In this document: in pieces, positions 18,111-27,367 of the stretch
How the letters are laid out: every line of letters begins with the position of its first letter
Numbering within the stretch: the first letter of the stretch is position 1
Source: an uncultured Clostridia bacterium
Lineage (GTDB): Bacteria; Bacillota; Clostridia; TANB77; CAG-508
Assembly (NCBI GenBank): GCA_904419095.1
Contig: CAJFQT010000002.1
Coordinates: 1 to 33,916 of the forward strand
Direction: 5' to 3'
DNA length: 33,916 nt
Position numbers and translations under genes: made by a program
Notes under the pieces: model-generated
Told to the model about the DNA's origin: nothing
The model's database searches: none
Seen by the model: the letters and a program-made list of their open reading frames with translations, nothing else

Positions 18111-18430
18111 CAATTTGTGGTTTGAAAATAGAAGGCTGATTGGTGTTTGGGTTGTTTTAGGTAGAGTATAAATTGGGTACGTTGCCCGCTCCTGGAGGTA
18201 TGTATATAAAATATTTATTCCACTCCTCGGCTTGTTACATTGCCTACGCCTTCTAAGCCTAAAATAAACGAGCCTCTCGTTACATTCTTCACGCTTCCTC
18301 ATTTATTTTAGTCTAAGAAGGCGTACGACAATTCCACGGCACACTCGTCGTTACATAAATATTTTATATACATACCTCCTAACGCTGACTGAGCTACTGT
18401 TTTTGCCTTCTATTTTCAAGTTACAAATTG
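18111..18430. repeat. ~320-bp nested palindromic element C, related to element A
   Basis: Outer 26-bp inverted repeat 18111-18136 / 18405-18430 (3 mismatches). Perfect 25-bp inverted repeat 18194-18218 / 18355-18379. Inner 24-bp inverted repeat 18245-18268 / 18302-18325 (2 mismatches). The core shares gagcctct...cattcttca...ttcctcatt with element A. Confidence 0.85.
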
Positions 18431-19401
18431 AAAAGAAGCTTTTAATAATTACGAGGAAGGAGAATGAGATATTGTTGGAAAAATATAAAGTAAAATCTCC
18501 AGTTGCAATATTACTTTTTAACAGAGTCGAAAACACCAAAAAACTTTTTAACATTATAAAAAAAGTAAAACCAGAAAAACTATTTCTCATCGCAGATGGT
18601 CCAAGAAAAGAAAATAAAGAAGACACTATTAAATGCGAAGAAACAAGAAAAATCTTTGACAACATTGATTGGAACTGCAAAGTTTATAAAAAGTTTTCTG
18701 ACAAAAATTTAGGCTGTGCAAAAAATGGATATACAGGATTTAGTTGGGTATTTGAAAATGTAGAGGAAGCTATTTTTTTAGAAGATGACTGTATACCAGA
18801 CATAAGCTTTTTCAAATTCTGTGACGAATTACTAGAAAAATATCGAAATGATAGCAGAATAATGCTAATTAGTGGAACAAATCAATTAGGAAATTGGAAA
18901 AAAACAGATTATAGCTATCACTTTTCAAGATTTGGTGGAATTTGGGGTTGGGCTTCTTGGAGGAGAGCTTGGAAATATTATGATTTTGATATGAGACTCT
19001 GGAATGATAAAGAAGTTAGAAAAAATTTAAGAAAGCAATTGAACTTTTTTCAATATATTTCACGTAGGGATATTTATAATCAAATATATAATAAAACAGC
19101 CAAGTTTAGTTCTTGGGCTTATCAATGGGGATTTGCTAGAATTGTACAATCAGGGCTTGCTATTTCACCTTGTGTAAATTTAATAACCAATATTGGGTCT
19201 GGAAATGACGCTACAAATAACAAGAAAAAATCTTCTGTTTCAAACTTAAAATCATTCGAAATGAAATTTCCACTCAAACATCCTCAATTTGTTTTGCCAG
19301 ATGTGGAATATGACAAGAAAATTTATAACAAAATTCAAGGGTCTAATTATAGAATTTTAAAAAATTATTTATCTTATAGAGTTAAAAGAGTTTTGAAGTA
19401 A
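18403..19401 (+). CDS. GT-A-fold glycosyltransferase-like protein (HlpA-like family)
   Basis: VAILLFNR......LF..I.K.KP.KLF...DGPR and an EDD (DxD-like) motif. The real start is probably TTG 18472, after the GGAAGGAG RBS, because 18403-18430 lies inside element C. Confidence 0.55.
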   Translation: MPSIFKLQIEKKLLIITRKENEILLEKYKVKSPVAILLFNRVENTKKLFNIIKKVKPEKLFLIADGPRKENKEDTIKCEETRKIFDNIDWNCKVYKKFSDKNLGCAKNGYTGFSWVFENVEEAIFLEDDCIPDISFFKFCDELLEKYRNDSRIMLISGTNQLGNWKKTDYSYHFSRFGGIWGWASWRRAWKYYDFDMRLWNDKEVRKNLRKQLNFFQYISRRDIYNQIYNKTAKFSSWAYQWGFARIVQSGLAISPCVNLITNIGSGNDATNNKKKSSVSNLKSFEMKFPLKHPQFVLPDVEYDKKIYNKIQGSNYRILKNYLSYRVKRVLK

Positions 19402-19509
19402 AGGATTTCTCAGAACGAAGTTTATTTTAATTGTATCAGGGAAATTGATTGGTATTGAATTAATATTAAAATATAAAAGTTAAAATCAGCTTTGTAGAAA
19501 AGGGGAAAG

Positions 19510-20859
19510 ATGGAAAAAAATATTACCTTAAAAAATATTTTTGGAAATAGTATGTGGCAAATTGGAGAAAAGATTATAACAATGATTTTCTCTGTTTTTG
19601 TTACTTCTATTGTTGCCAGATATTTAGGAACAGAAGACTATGGTTTTGTAAATTATATTATTTCAATTGTGATGCTTTTTACAACTTTTTCTACTTTAGG
19701 AATGGAAAAAATCACCATTAAAGATATTATTGAAAGAGAAGAATCAGAAGAAAGAATTTTAGGTACAAGTTTTTATATTAGATTAATTGGTGGAATAGTA
19801 TTAATATTTATATCACAAATAACAATTTATATATTAGATGAGAAAAATATGTTGGCGCAGCTTTTGGGATTGATAATGGGATTATGCATGATTTTTAGAG
19901 CATATGAAGTTATAGAATATTATTTACAGTCTCAAATGAAACTAAAAACTATTTCAATAATAAGATTTTGTTCAACATTTTTTGTAGCGATTTTAAGAAT
20001 ATTAGTTGTTATTTTTGATTGGGGAATAGTAGGATTTACTGCAACATATTTATTTGATGCAATAATTGTAGCGGTGCTTTTAAAAATATGGTACAAGAAA
20101 AGAAAAAAACTTAAATTTAAGTTTAGTTTAGAATATGCTAAAAGAATTTTATCAAAATGTTGGTATGTGGCAATTAGTGGATTGATGGTTACATTATATA
20201 TGAGAATTGACCAAGTTATGCTTGGTTCAATGCTTGATAATAAAACTGAAAATGGTATATATTCAGCAGCTGTTAGAATTGCTGAAATCTGGTATTTTGT
20301 TCCAACTGCTATTATTTCAGCTTTTCAACCAGCAATTGTTATGAAAAAAAAGTATAGTGAAGAGCAGTATGAAAAATCTATGCAAAGATTATATGATATA
20401 GTGGCAATTGTTGGAATAGCTTTTGGAATTTTGATTACGCTTTTTGGAGATATTGCAGTTCAAATATTATATGGTGAGGAATATAAAGGTGCAACATCAA
20501 TATTAAAAATTAGTGTATGGGCAGGTTTATTTGCTACTTTAGGGACTGCTAGGTCTGTATGGCTTGTGAATGAGAATTTGCAAAAATATAGTTTGATTTA
20601 TACATCTATTGGTTGTGTTACAAATATAGTATTAAATTATTTCTTGATTCCTAAAATTGGTGCAAGGGGAGCAGCAATTGCTACACTAATTGCTCAGTTT
20701 GTAACAAATGTATTGGCATTAGTACCGTTTAAAAAGACAAGAAAATCTTCTACTATGATTTTGAAATCTATATTTTTAAATCAAACTGTGAAAGATGTTT
20801 TTAAAACTTTTAGAATTAGAATAAATAATTTATTTTTTAGAGAACAAGGGAGGGGTTAG
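19510..20859 (+). CDS. wzx: Wzx-type polysaccharide flippase (MOP superfamily)
   Basis: 449 aa with about 12-14 TM helices and the typical N-terminus (NIFGNSMWQIGEKIITMIFSVFVTSIVARYLG..DYG). Confidence 0.8.
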   Translation: MEKNITLKNIFGNSMWQIGEKIITMIFSVFVTSIVARYLGTEDYGFVNYIISIVMLFTTFSTLGMEKITIKDIIEREESEERILGTSFYIRLIGGIVLIFISQITIYILDEKNMLAQLLGLIMGLCMIFRAYEVIEYYLQSQMKLKTISIIRFCSTFFVAILRILVVIFDWGIVGFTATYLFDAIIVAVLLKIWYKKRKKLKFKFSLEYAKRILSKCWYVAISGLMVTLYMRIDQVMLGSMLDNKTENGIYSAAVRIAEIWYFVPTAIISAFQPAIVMKKKYSEEQYEKSMQRLYDIVAIVGIAFGILITLFGDIAVQILYGEEYKGATSILKISVWAGLFATLGTARSVWLVNENLQKYSLIYTSIGCVTNIVLNYFLIPKIGARGAAIATLIAQFVTNVLALVPFKKTRKSSTMILKSIFLNQTVKDVFKTFRIRINNLFFREQGRG

Positions 20860-20968
20860 TAATCCTTCTAATTGAATATACACAACATCAGTAAGGAATG
20901 AAGATATTGTGATACAGAGTAAAGTTAATTTTTTTGAATATAAATGGTGTTTTTGAATAAAATGCAGT

Positions 20969-22114
20969 ATGGAAATATTAATCTCAATGTCAAGTTTAAA
21001 GTTATTTGGAAATTATCAAGAAGTATTAGTGATTTTATTTTTTATACTGTTTTTTTATATGTTATATAGATTTAAAAGAATAGTATTTAATGTAAATCTA
21101 CTAGTTCTTATCGGATTTTCATTAACATATTATTTAATTTCGCTTAAATATTCACAAGATGTAAGTCAAATATCAATTTACTGTATTTTGGCTTACTATA
21201 TAGGTTTAATGCTTGTTGCAGTAAATAAAAATAAGGATAAATGTATAATAAAATATACATATGCTATTGCAATTGGTTTTTTTATTCACGCAATGCTAAA
21301 TTATTTAGTAAATGTAAACTCAGATAGTAGAAATACAATAGACTTTTGGACACATGGGGTAAAGTCAGCAAGTTTGCAAGCTATAATGCTTACAATGATT
21401 ATGGGTACTAGTTTTTTTTCTTTAATTTGTTTGAAAGAAAAATGGAAAAAAATAATTTTTCTTATTTGTATTTTGTTTGCAATATTGTATGACTTAATTC
21501 TATCTACAAGAACACTGTTAATTGTTGGGGGGATTTCTATTGCTATATCATTTATAATGTTTGTAATTTTGAATTATAAAAATAATAGGCAAGAAATAAA
21601 TAGATGTCTTAAAACGATTTTCTTTTTGATGTTATTTGTTTTTATTTTTTATTCTATAAATTTTCTAGGAATAAAAAATGTAGTTAATGAATCTAATTTT
21701 TCTGCTAGAATGAGAAAAATAGATACAACAGAAGTTGATAAAGACAGAGTAGAAACTCAAATTTTATCAATTGGCAGTCTATTTGAATATCCAATGGGAG
21801 GAAATAATGAAGAAATTGGAAATTTAAAATATGCTCATAATATGTGGTTTGATGTTGCAAAACAAGCAGGAATTATTCCATTTGCATTGCTAGTTTCTTT
21901 TTTTGTTATTAACTTGAGAAATTTGTTTAATTTGATAAAAAATCCAAAAGTGAGTTGTGAGCTTAAGATTTTTTTAGTTGGAATTTATGTGGCTGTGTTA
22001 CTTAATTTTTTTGTTGAACCTATTATGCAAGGAGAACCTTTATTTTTTATAATGTTTTGTATGGTCATGGGAATGGTTGATGAAAGGCGAATTTTTGATA
22101 TCCATAAAGTTTAA
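20969..22114 (+). CDS. O-antigen ligase / Wzy_C-like polytopic membrane protein
   Basis: 381 aa, multi-TM, with an external loop containing YAHNMWFDVAKQAGIIPF (the H-N...G-I motif typical of the O-antigen ligase/polymerase domain). The start codon is uncertain because there is no clear RBS. Confidence 0.6.
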   Translation: MEILISMSSLKLFGNYQEVLVILFFILFFYMLYRFKRIVFNVNLLVLIGFSLTYYLISLKYSQDVSQISIYCILAYYIGLMLVAVNKNKDKCIIKYTYAIAIGFFIHAMLNYLVNVNSDSRNTIDFWTHGVKSASLQAIMLTMIMGTSFFSLICLKEKWKKIIFLICILFAILYDLILSTRTLLIVGGISIAISFIMFVILNYKNNRQEINRCLKTIFFLMLFVFIFYSINFLGIKNVVNESNFSARMRKIDTTEVDKDRVETQILSIGSLFEYPMGGNNEEIGNLKYAHNMWFDVAKQAGIIPFALLVSFFVINLRNLFNLIKNPKVSCELKIFLVGIYVAVLLNFFVEPIMQGEPLFFIMFCMVMGMVDERRIFDIHKV

Positions 22115-22122
22115 AAATAATC

Positions 22123-22151
22123 TTGATTTTTATGTAAATCTATGATAAAAT
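22123..22151 (+). promoter_or_regulatory. Candidate sigma-A promoter for pyrF (TTGATT - 17 nt - TGaTAAAAT)
   Basis: -35 TTGATT at 22123-22128, a 17-nt spacer ending in TG, and -10 TAAAAT at 22146-22151. This is an AT-rich context, so a chance match is possible. Confidence 0.35.
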
Positions 22152-22205
22152 TTTTATTGTAGCTATTTAAATATTTCCACATTAAAAATTTTAGGAGGAA
22201 AAAGT

Positions 22206-23132
22206 ATGAACATGAATGCTATGGAAAGATTAAACAAGGCAATTGCTGAAACAAACTGCCGGATAGTGGCTGGATTAGATCCAACCGTGGAAATTCTTCC
22301 AGCTTATATGCAAGGAAAGATTGTGGCTTCCAGTGATAAAGCATGGGAAGAAGCAAAAGTGATTGAAGAGTTTTGTAGGGATTATATTTGGACAATTTCA
22401 GATATTGTTCCGGCAATTAAAATCAATTCAGCTTTCTTCGAAAAGGAGCATTTACAGCCGGTTTTCAGAAGTGTTGCCAGATATGCAAAAAGTTTAAACC
22501 TTTATGTCATTGGTGACCTAAAGAGAGCTGATATTGGTTCAACTTCAAAGGCATATGCAGAAGCATGGCTTGGAGAAGACCAGCCATTTGATGCTATTAC
22601 TATCAATCCTTATTTTGGAACTGATGGTGTGAAGCCTTTGATAGAAATGGCAGCTGAGAATGAAAAGGGAGTCTTTGTTTTGGTTAAGACTTCTAATGAT
22701 TCTTCGGCGGAAATACAGGATCAGGTGATATTCGGGAGCAGAAACCCTGTGTATCATGAAGTAGCACATTTGGTGAATATGTGGGGAGCTTCTGTTTCTG
22801 ATGGATATTATTACAATCCTGTTGGAGCCGTGGTTGGAGCAACTCATCCTAAGGATGCAGAGCTCTTAAGAGCTTATATGCCAAACACTATGTTCTTAGT
22901 TCCTGGTTATGGGGCTCAGGGGGCAACAGCAAAAGATGTTGCTGTTAACTTTGATCAAAATGGATTAGGAGCTATAGTGAATTCATCACGAGGACTTATG
23001 TGTGCCTATAAAAAAGACAAATATAAAGAATTTGTAGGTGAATTTGGCAAAGGATGGGAAGAAGCAACTAAGGCGGCTTGCCTTGATGCAAAGGAAGACA
23101 TCAATAATGCTGTCAATCCTGAAATTAAATAG
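22206..23132 (+). CDS. pyrF: Orotidine 5'-phosphate decarboxylase, long (type 2) form
   Basis: 308 aa with VAGLDP, IKINSAFFE, IGDLKRADIGST and VPGYGAQG motifs, and a strong AGGAGG RBS. Confidence 0.85.
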   Translation: MNMNAMERLNKAIAETNCRIVAGLDPTVEILPAYMQGKIVASSDKAWEEAKVIEEFCRDYIWTISDIVPAIKINSAFFEKEHLQPVFRSVARYAKSLNLYVIGDLKRADIGSTSKAYAEAWLGEDQPFDAITINPYFGTDGVKPLIEMAAENEKGVFVLVKTSNDSSAEIQDQVIFGSRNPVYHEVAHLVNMWGASVSDGYYYNPVGAVVGATHPKDAELLRAYMPNTMFLVPGYGAQGATAKDVAVNFDQNGLGAIVNSSRGLMCAYKKDKYKEFVGEFGKGWEEATKAACLDAKEDINNAVNPEIK

Positions 23133-23146
23133 TAAATAGCGGTTTA

Positions 23147-23177
23147 AGGCGGAGTAATAAATTACTCTGCCTTTTTC
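23147..23177 (+). terminator. Rho-independent terminator after pyrF
   Basis: aggcggagta / tactctgcct form a 10-bp stem (one G-U), followed by ttttt. Confidence 0.7.
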
Positions 23178-23369
23178 TGTTATAATTTAGTCTGGCATAA
23201 AAGTAAGACGTTAAAAAATTAAGTCTAAATGGTAATCTTTTTCTAAAGTTAACTTAGAAAAAATCATCAAAAACCTATACAAAATTGAAATTTAGTTATA
23301 TAATATACAAAAAATTAAAAGTAAAATTTTGCTTTTAAAACATATTAAAAATTGAAAGGATGATTCTAA

Positions 23370-24899
23370 ATGGAATTAAAAAGAATGCTAGTAGGCTTAG
23401 AAGGTCTAAAAGTAAAAGGAGATTTAAATCTAGAGATAAGTGGAGTTGAAAAAAATTCAAAAGAGGTTAAGGAAGGATATTTGTTTGTTGCAATTAAAGG
23501 GTTTTCAGTAGATGGGCATCAATATGTGAAATCAGCTATTGAAAATGGAGCAACAGCAGTAATGATAGAAGAAGGATGTGATTTTAAATCATTAGAAATA
23601 CCAGATAATATAACAGTTATAATGGCAAAAGATACTAGAGAAGGATTAGCAATAGTATCTGCAAATTTCTATGATAATCCATCAACAAAATTTAAATTAA
23701 TTGGTGTAACAGGAACAAAAGGAAAAACAACAACAACTTTTATGATTAAAGAAATATTACAAAAAGCAGGAAAAAAAGTAGGACTAATTGGGACAATTGC
23801 AACATATATTGGTGATAAGAAGATAAAAGATAGTGACAGAACAACACCAGAAAGTTTAGAATTGCAAAAGATGTTCAAACAAATGGCTGATGAAGGTGTA
23901 GAGGCTGTTGTAATGGAAGTTTCTTCACAAAGTTTAAAATTACATAGAGTTGACGGATGTAATTTTGATATAGTATTATTTACTAATTTTTCAGAGGATC
24001 ATATTAGTCCAAATGAACATCCAGATATGCAAGATTATTTACAATCAAAATTAAAATTATTCAAAATGTGTAAAACAGGTTTTACAAATGCAGATGACTT
24101 ACAAGGAGCAAAAATACCAAGTTTATTTCCAGATAGTGAAATTATAACTTATGGAATAGATAATTTTGCAAAAGTTACAGCAAGAGATGTAACAATTACA
24201 AATTCATATGTGGATTTTAGAGTTAAGATAGATGGAAAGAATGAAAGAATAAGAGTAAAAATACCAGGTAGATTTAGTGTATATAATTCACTTTCTGCAA
24301 TATGTGTTGCTCAAAAATTTGGAGTACCAGCAGAAGTTATAAAAGAAGCACTATTAGAAGTTAGAGTTCCAGGAAGATCTGAAATGGTAGATAATAAACT
24401 AGAAATTCCTGTTATGATTGATTATGCACATTCACCAGAAAGCTTAGAAAATATTTTGAAAGCTGTAAAAAGTTACACAAGAGGAATGGTAATTTGTGTA
24501 TTTGGTTGTGGTGGAGATAGAGATCCAGGAAAAAGACCAATAATGGGAGAAATTTCAGGTAAAATAGCAGATTATACAATTATAACATCAGATAATCCAA
24601 GAACAGAAGATCCACAAAAAATAGTAGATCAGATTGAAGAAGGGATAAAAAAGACAAAAGGAAAATATGAAGTTATAGTTGATAGAACAGAAGCAATAAA
24701 AACAGCTTTAAAAAAGGCTAATTATAAGGACATAGTAGTTTTAGCTGGAAAAGGTCATGAACCATATCAAGAAATAAATGGAATAAAACATCCTTATGAT
24801 GAAAGAGTTATTGTAAGAGAGCTTGCTTCAGAAATAGAAGAAGAAAAAGCAAAAAAAGAAAACAAAAAATCAAATAGAAATAGTAAAACTAATAAATAA
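23370..24899 (+). CDS. murE: UDP-N-acetylmuramoyl-L-alanyl-D-glutamate--2,6-diaminopimelate ligase
   Basis: GVTGTKGKTTT P-loop, EVSSQ, DYAHSP and the DNPR motif (ITSDNPRTEDP) typical of meso-DAP-adding MurE. It has a lysine-rich C-terminal tail. Confidence 0.9.
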   Translation: MELKRMLVGLEGLKVKGDLNLEISGVEKNSKEVKEGYLFVAIKGFSVDGHQYVKSAIENGATAVMIEEGCDFKSLEIPDNITVIMAKDTREGLAIVSANFYDNPSTKFKLIGVTGTKGKTTTTFMIKEILQKAGKKVGLIGTIATYIGDKKIKDSDRTTPESLELQKMFKQMADEGVEAVVMEVSSQSLKLHRVDGCNFDIVLFTNFSEDHISPNEHPDMQDYLQSKLKLFKMCKTGFTNADDLQGAKIPSLFPDSEIITYGIDNFAKVTARDVTITNSYVDFRVKIDGKNERIRVKIPGRFSVYNSLSAICVAQKFGVPAEVIKEALLEVRVPGRSEMVDNKLEIPVMIDYAHSPESLENILKAVKSYTRGMVICVFGCGGDRDPGKRPIMGEISGKIADYTIITSDNPRTEDPQKIVDQIEEGIKKTKGKYEVIVDRTEAIKTALKKANYKDIVVLAGKGHEPYQEINGIKHPYDERVIVRELASEIEEEKAKKENKKSNRNSKTNK

Positions 24900-25057
24900 G
24901 AAATTATTTGAATCATATAATTAATAATAGAAGTACTAAAAGAAAGAAATTGTTATATTAATAAGAATTTAAAATATGCTTATTACTTATAACACATTTC
25001 TTGATTTATAGGGAGAAAATCCTTATATAATAACTAAAGAAATAAAAGCAGAAAGGT

Positions 25058-26047
25058 TTGAGAAAATTGAGTTTTGAAATAACGATATTACTAATCACAT
25101 TTATAATATCTATTATATTAGCGACTATAATAATTCCAATGCTTAAAAAATTAAAAGTTGGGCAGATAGAAAGAGATGATGGTCCTGCATCTCATTTAAA
25201 AAAACAAGGGACACCTACAATGGGAGGAATAATAATAATAATAGCAATGATAATTTCTGTTATAGGTGCATATATATATTTATTAATAACAGGAAGGGTA
25301 GATATTGCTAAAAATTTAATTCCATTGCTATTATTAACAATAGGTTTTGGTGCAATAGGATTTATTGATGACTATAAAAAATTAGTATTGAAAAATACAG
25401 AAGGTTTAAAACCAAGTTATAAAATGTTAGGATTATTAATAATATCAGTTGCATATGTTTTATTTTTAACACAGGGTCTAGAAATTGGAACAGAAACATA
25501 TATTCCAATATTAAAAACATATATAACTTTGCCAAATTATATTTATGTACCAGCAGCAATAATTGTAATCTTAGCAACAACAAATGCTATTAATTTAACA
25601 GACGGAATAGATGGATTATCATCAAGTGTTTCTTCAATAATAATTACAGCTTTAACGGTAATAGGAATGAATATTGGAGTACCAGAAGTTTCCATATTTG
25701 GAAGCATTGTAATAGGAGCAACAATTGGATTTTTAATGTTTAACTTACACCCAGCAAAAGTTTTTATGGGAGATACAGGTTCATTACTATTAGGAGGAGT
25801 TGTATCAGGTTTGGCACTATATTTGAAAATGCCATTATTATTACTTGTGATTGCATTAATTCCAGTATTAGAAACATTGTCTGTAATAATACAAGTAGCA
25901 TATTTTAAGAAAACTGGAAAGAGATTTTTCAAAATGGCACCATTGCATCATCATTTTGAATTGTCGGGATGGAAAGAAAGTAAAGTAGTAATAGTATTTA
26001 GTTTGGTGACACTATTATTGTGTATATTAGGATTACAATTGATATAG
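25058..26047 (+). CDS. mraY: Phospho-N-acetylmuramoyl-pentapeptide transferase
   Basis: HL.K.GTPTMGG, GFIDDY.K, NAINLTDGIDGL, MGDTGSLLLGG and APLHHHFE motifs. The start is ambiguous (TTG 25058 or TTG 25067). Confidence 0.9.
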   Translation: MRKLSFEITILLITFIISIILATIIIPMLKKLKVGQIERDDGPASHLKKQGTPTMGGIIIIIAMIISVIGAYIYLLITGRVDIAKNLIPLLLLTIGFGAIGFIDDYKKLVLKNTEGLKPSYKMLGLLIISVAYVLFLTQGLEIGTETYIPILKTYITLPNYIYVPAAIIVILATTNAINLTDGIDGLSSSVSSIIITALTVIGMNIGVPEVSIFGSIVIGATIGFLMFNLHPAKVFMGDTGSLLLGGVVSGLALYLKMPLLLLVIALIPVLETLSVIIQVAYFKKTGKRFFKMAPLHHHFELSGWKESKVVIVFSLVTLLLCILGLQLI

Positions 26048-26138
26048 AATTATAATAAAAAAATAAAAAACTTAATAAAAATAAAAAAGAAAATATAGAT
26101 CAGAAGAACTACAAAAGAACAAACAAGGAGGTTTCTTA

Positions 26139-27276
26139 ATGGCAAAGAAGAAAAAAGGCAAGTTTTCAAGATTCTTAAATAATCCAATGGATTTTACTTT
26201 GCTTATAACTATAATTCTTCTGCTTGGAGTAGGACTTGTAATGTTATTGTCAGCAAGTTCTCCTTCAGCTTTAGCAGATACTGGTGATAGTTATAGATAT
26301 TTTAAGAGGCAATTATTATTTGCAATACTTGGATTAATAGCAATGTTTGCGATTTCAAAAATAGATTACAGATTTTATCAAAAATTTTACAAACAGGCAT
26401 GGTGGATTTCTTTAATATTATTGGCTGCAGTACTATTAATAGGAAGAGAAGTAAATGGTGCTAAAAGGTGGATTTATTTTACAGATACTTTATCAGTTCA
26501 ACCTTCGGAAATTGTAAAGTTTTTAATGATAGTATTTTATGCAGGAATATTAGTAAAAAACAGAGATGAGTTGCCAAAAGTCGGAAAAGGATTTGTAAAA
26601 CATTTTGCAATGATAGTTCCAATAATAGGATTGTTACTATTACAACCTCACTTTAGTGCATCAATAGTAATCTTAGGAATAATATCTATAATGATGATTG
26701 TAGCAGGATGTAAGTTTAAACATTTTTTGGGAGCAGGAAGTTTTTTAATTCCATTCATAATAATATTAGTAATAATTGAACCTTATCGTCTTCAAAGGGT
26801 ATTGACTTTCTTAGATCCATGGCAAGATGCTACAGGAGATGGATGGCAAGTAATACAGAGTTTATATGCTATAGGCTCAGGAGGACTATTTGGAGCAGGA
26901 TTGGGAGAAAGTAAACAAAAATACTTGTACATACCAGAACCACATAATGACTTTATTTTTTCAATAATAGGAGAAGAATTAGGATTTATAGGTTGTGCAA
27001 TAATCATAATATTATTTGCAATATTTATATGGAGAGGAATTTTAATTGCGATGAAATCACCAGATATGTTTGGGAGTTTGATGGCAGTAGGAATAACATC
27101 TTTGATTGCAATACAAGTAATAATAAACATTGCAGTTGTAACATCATCAATGCCTGCAACAGGTATGCCATTACCATTCTTTAGTTACCGGTGGAACCGC
27201 ATTATTTATATTATTGTGCGAAATGGGAGTACTACTCAATATTTCAAGAGCAAGTGCTAAAGCAACAGGAAAATAA
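26139..27276 (+). pseudogene. ftsW: SEDS-family peptidoglycan glycosyltransferase (FtsW/SpoVE/RodA type) with a 1-nt insertion near 27189
   Basis: The annotated frame ends ...PLPFFSYRWNRIIYIIVRNGSTTQYFKSKC. Skipping the c at 27189 gives the conserved ...PLPFFSYGGTALFILLCEMGVLLNISRASAKATGK with a stop at 27274-27276. This may be an assembly indel. Confidence 0.8.
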
Positions 27277-27367
27277 GATAAAGTGAAAGTTAGGAATACA
27301 CCAAATTGTTCTAAGTTTCAGGAGCATTGGAGTGTTCCTAACGTTTATAAAGAAAGGAAAGAAATTA

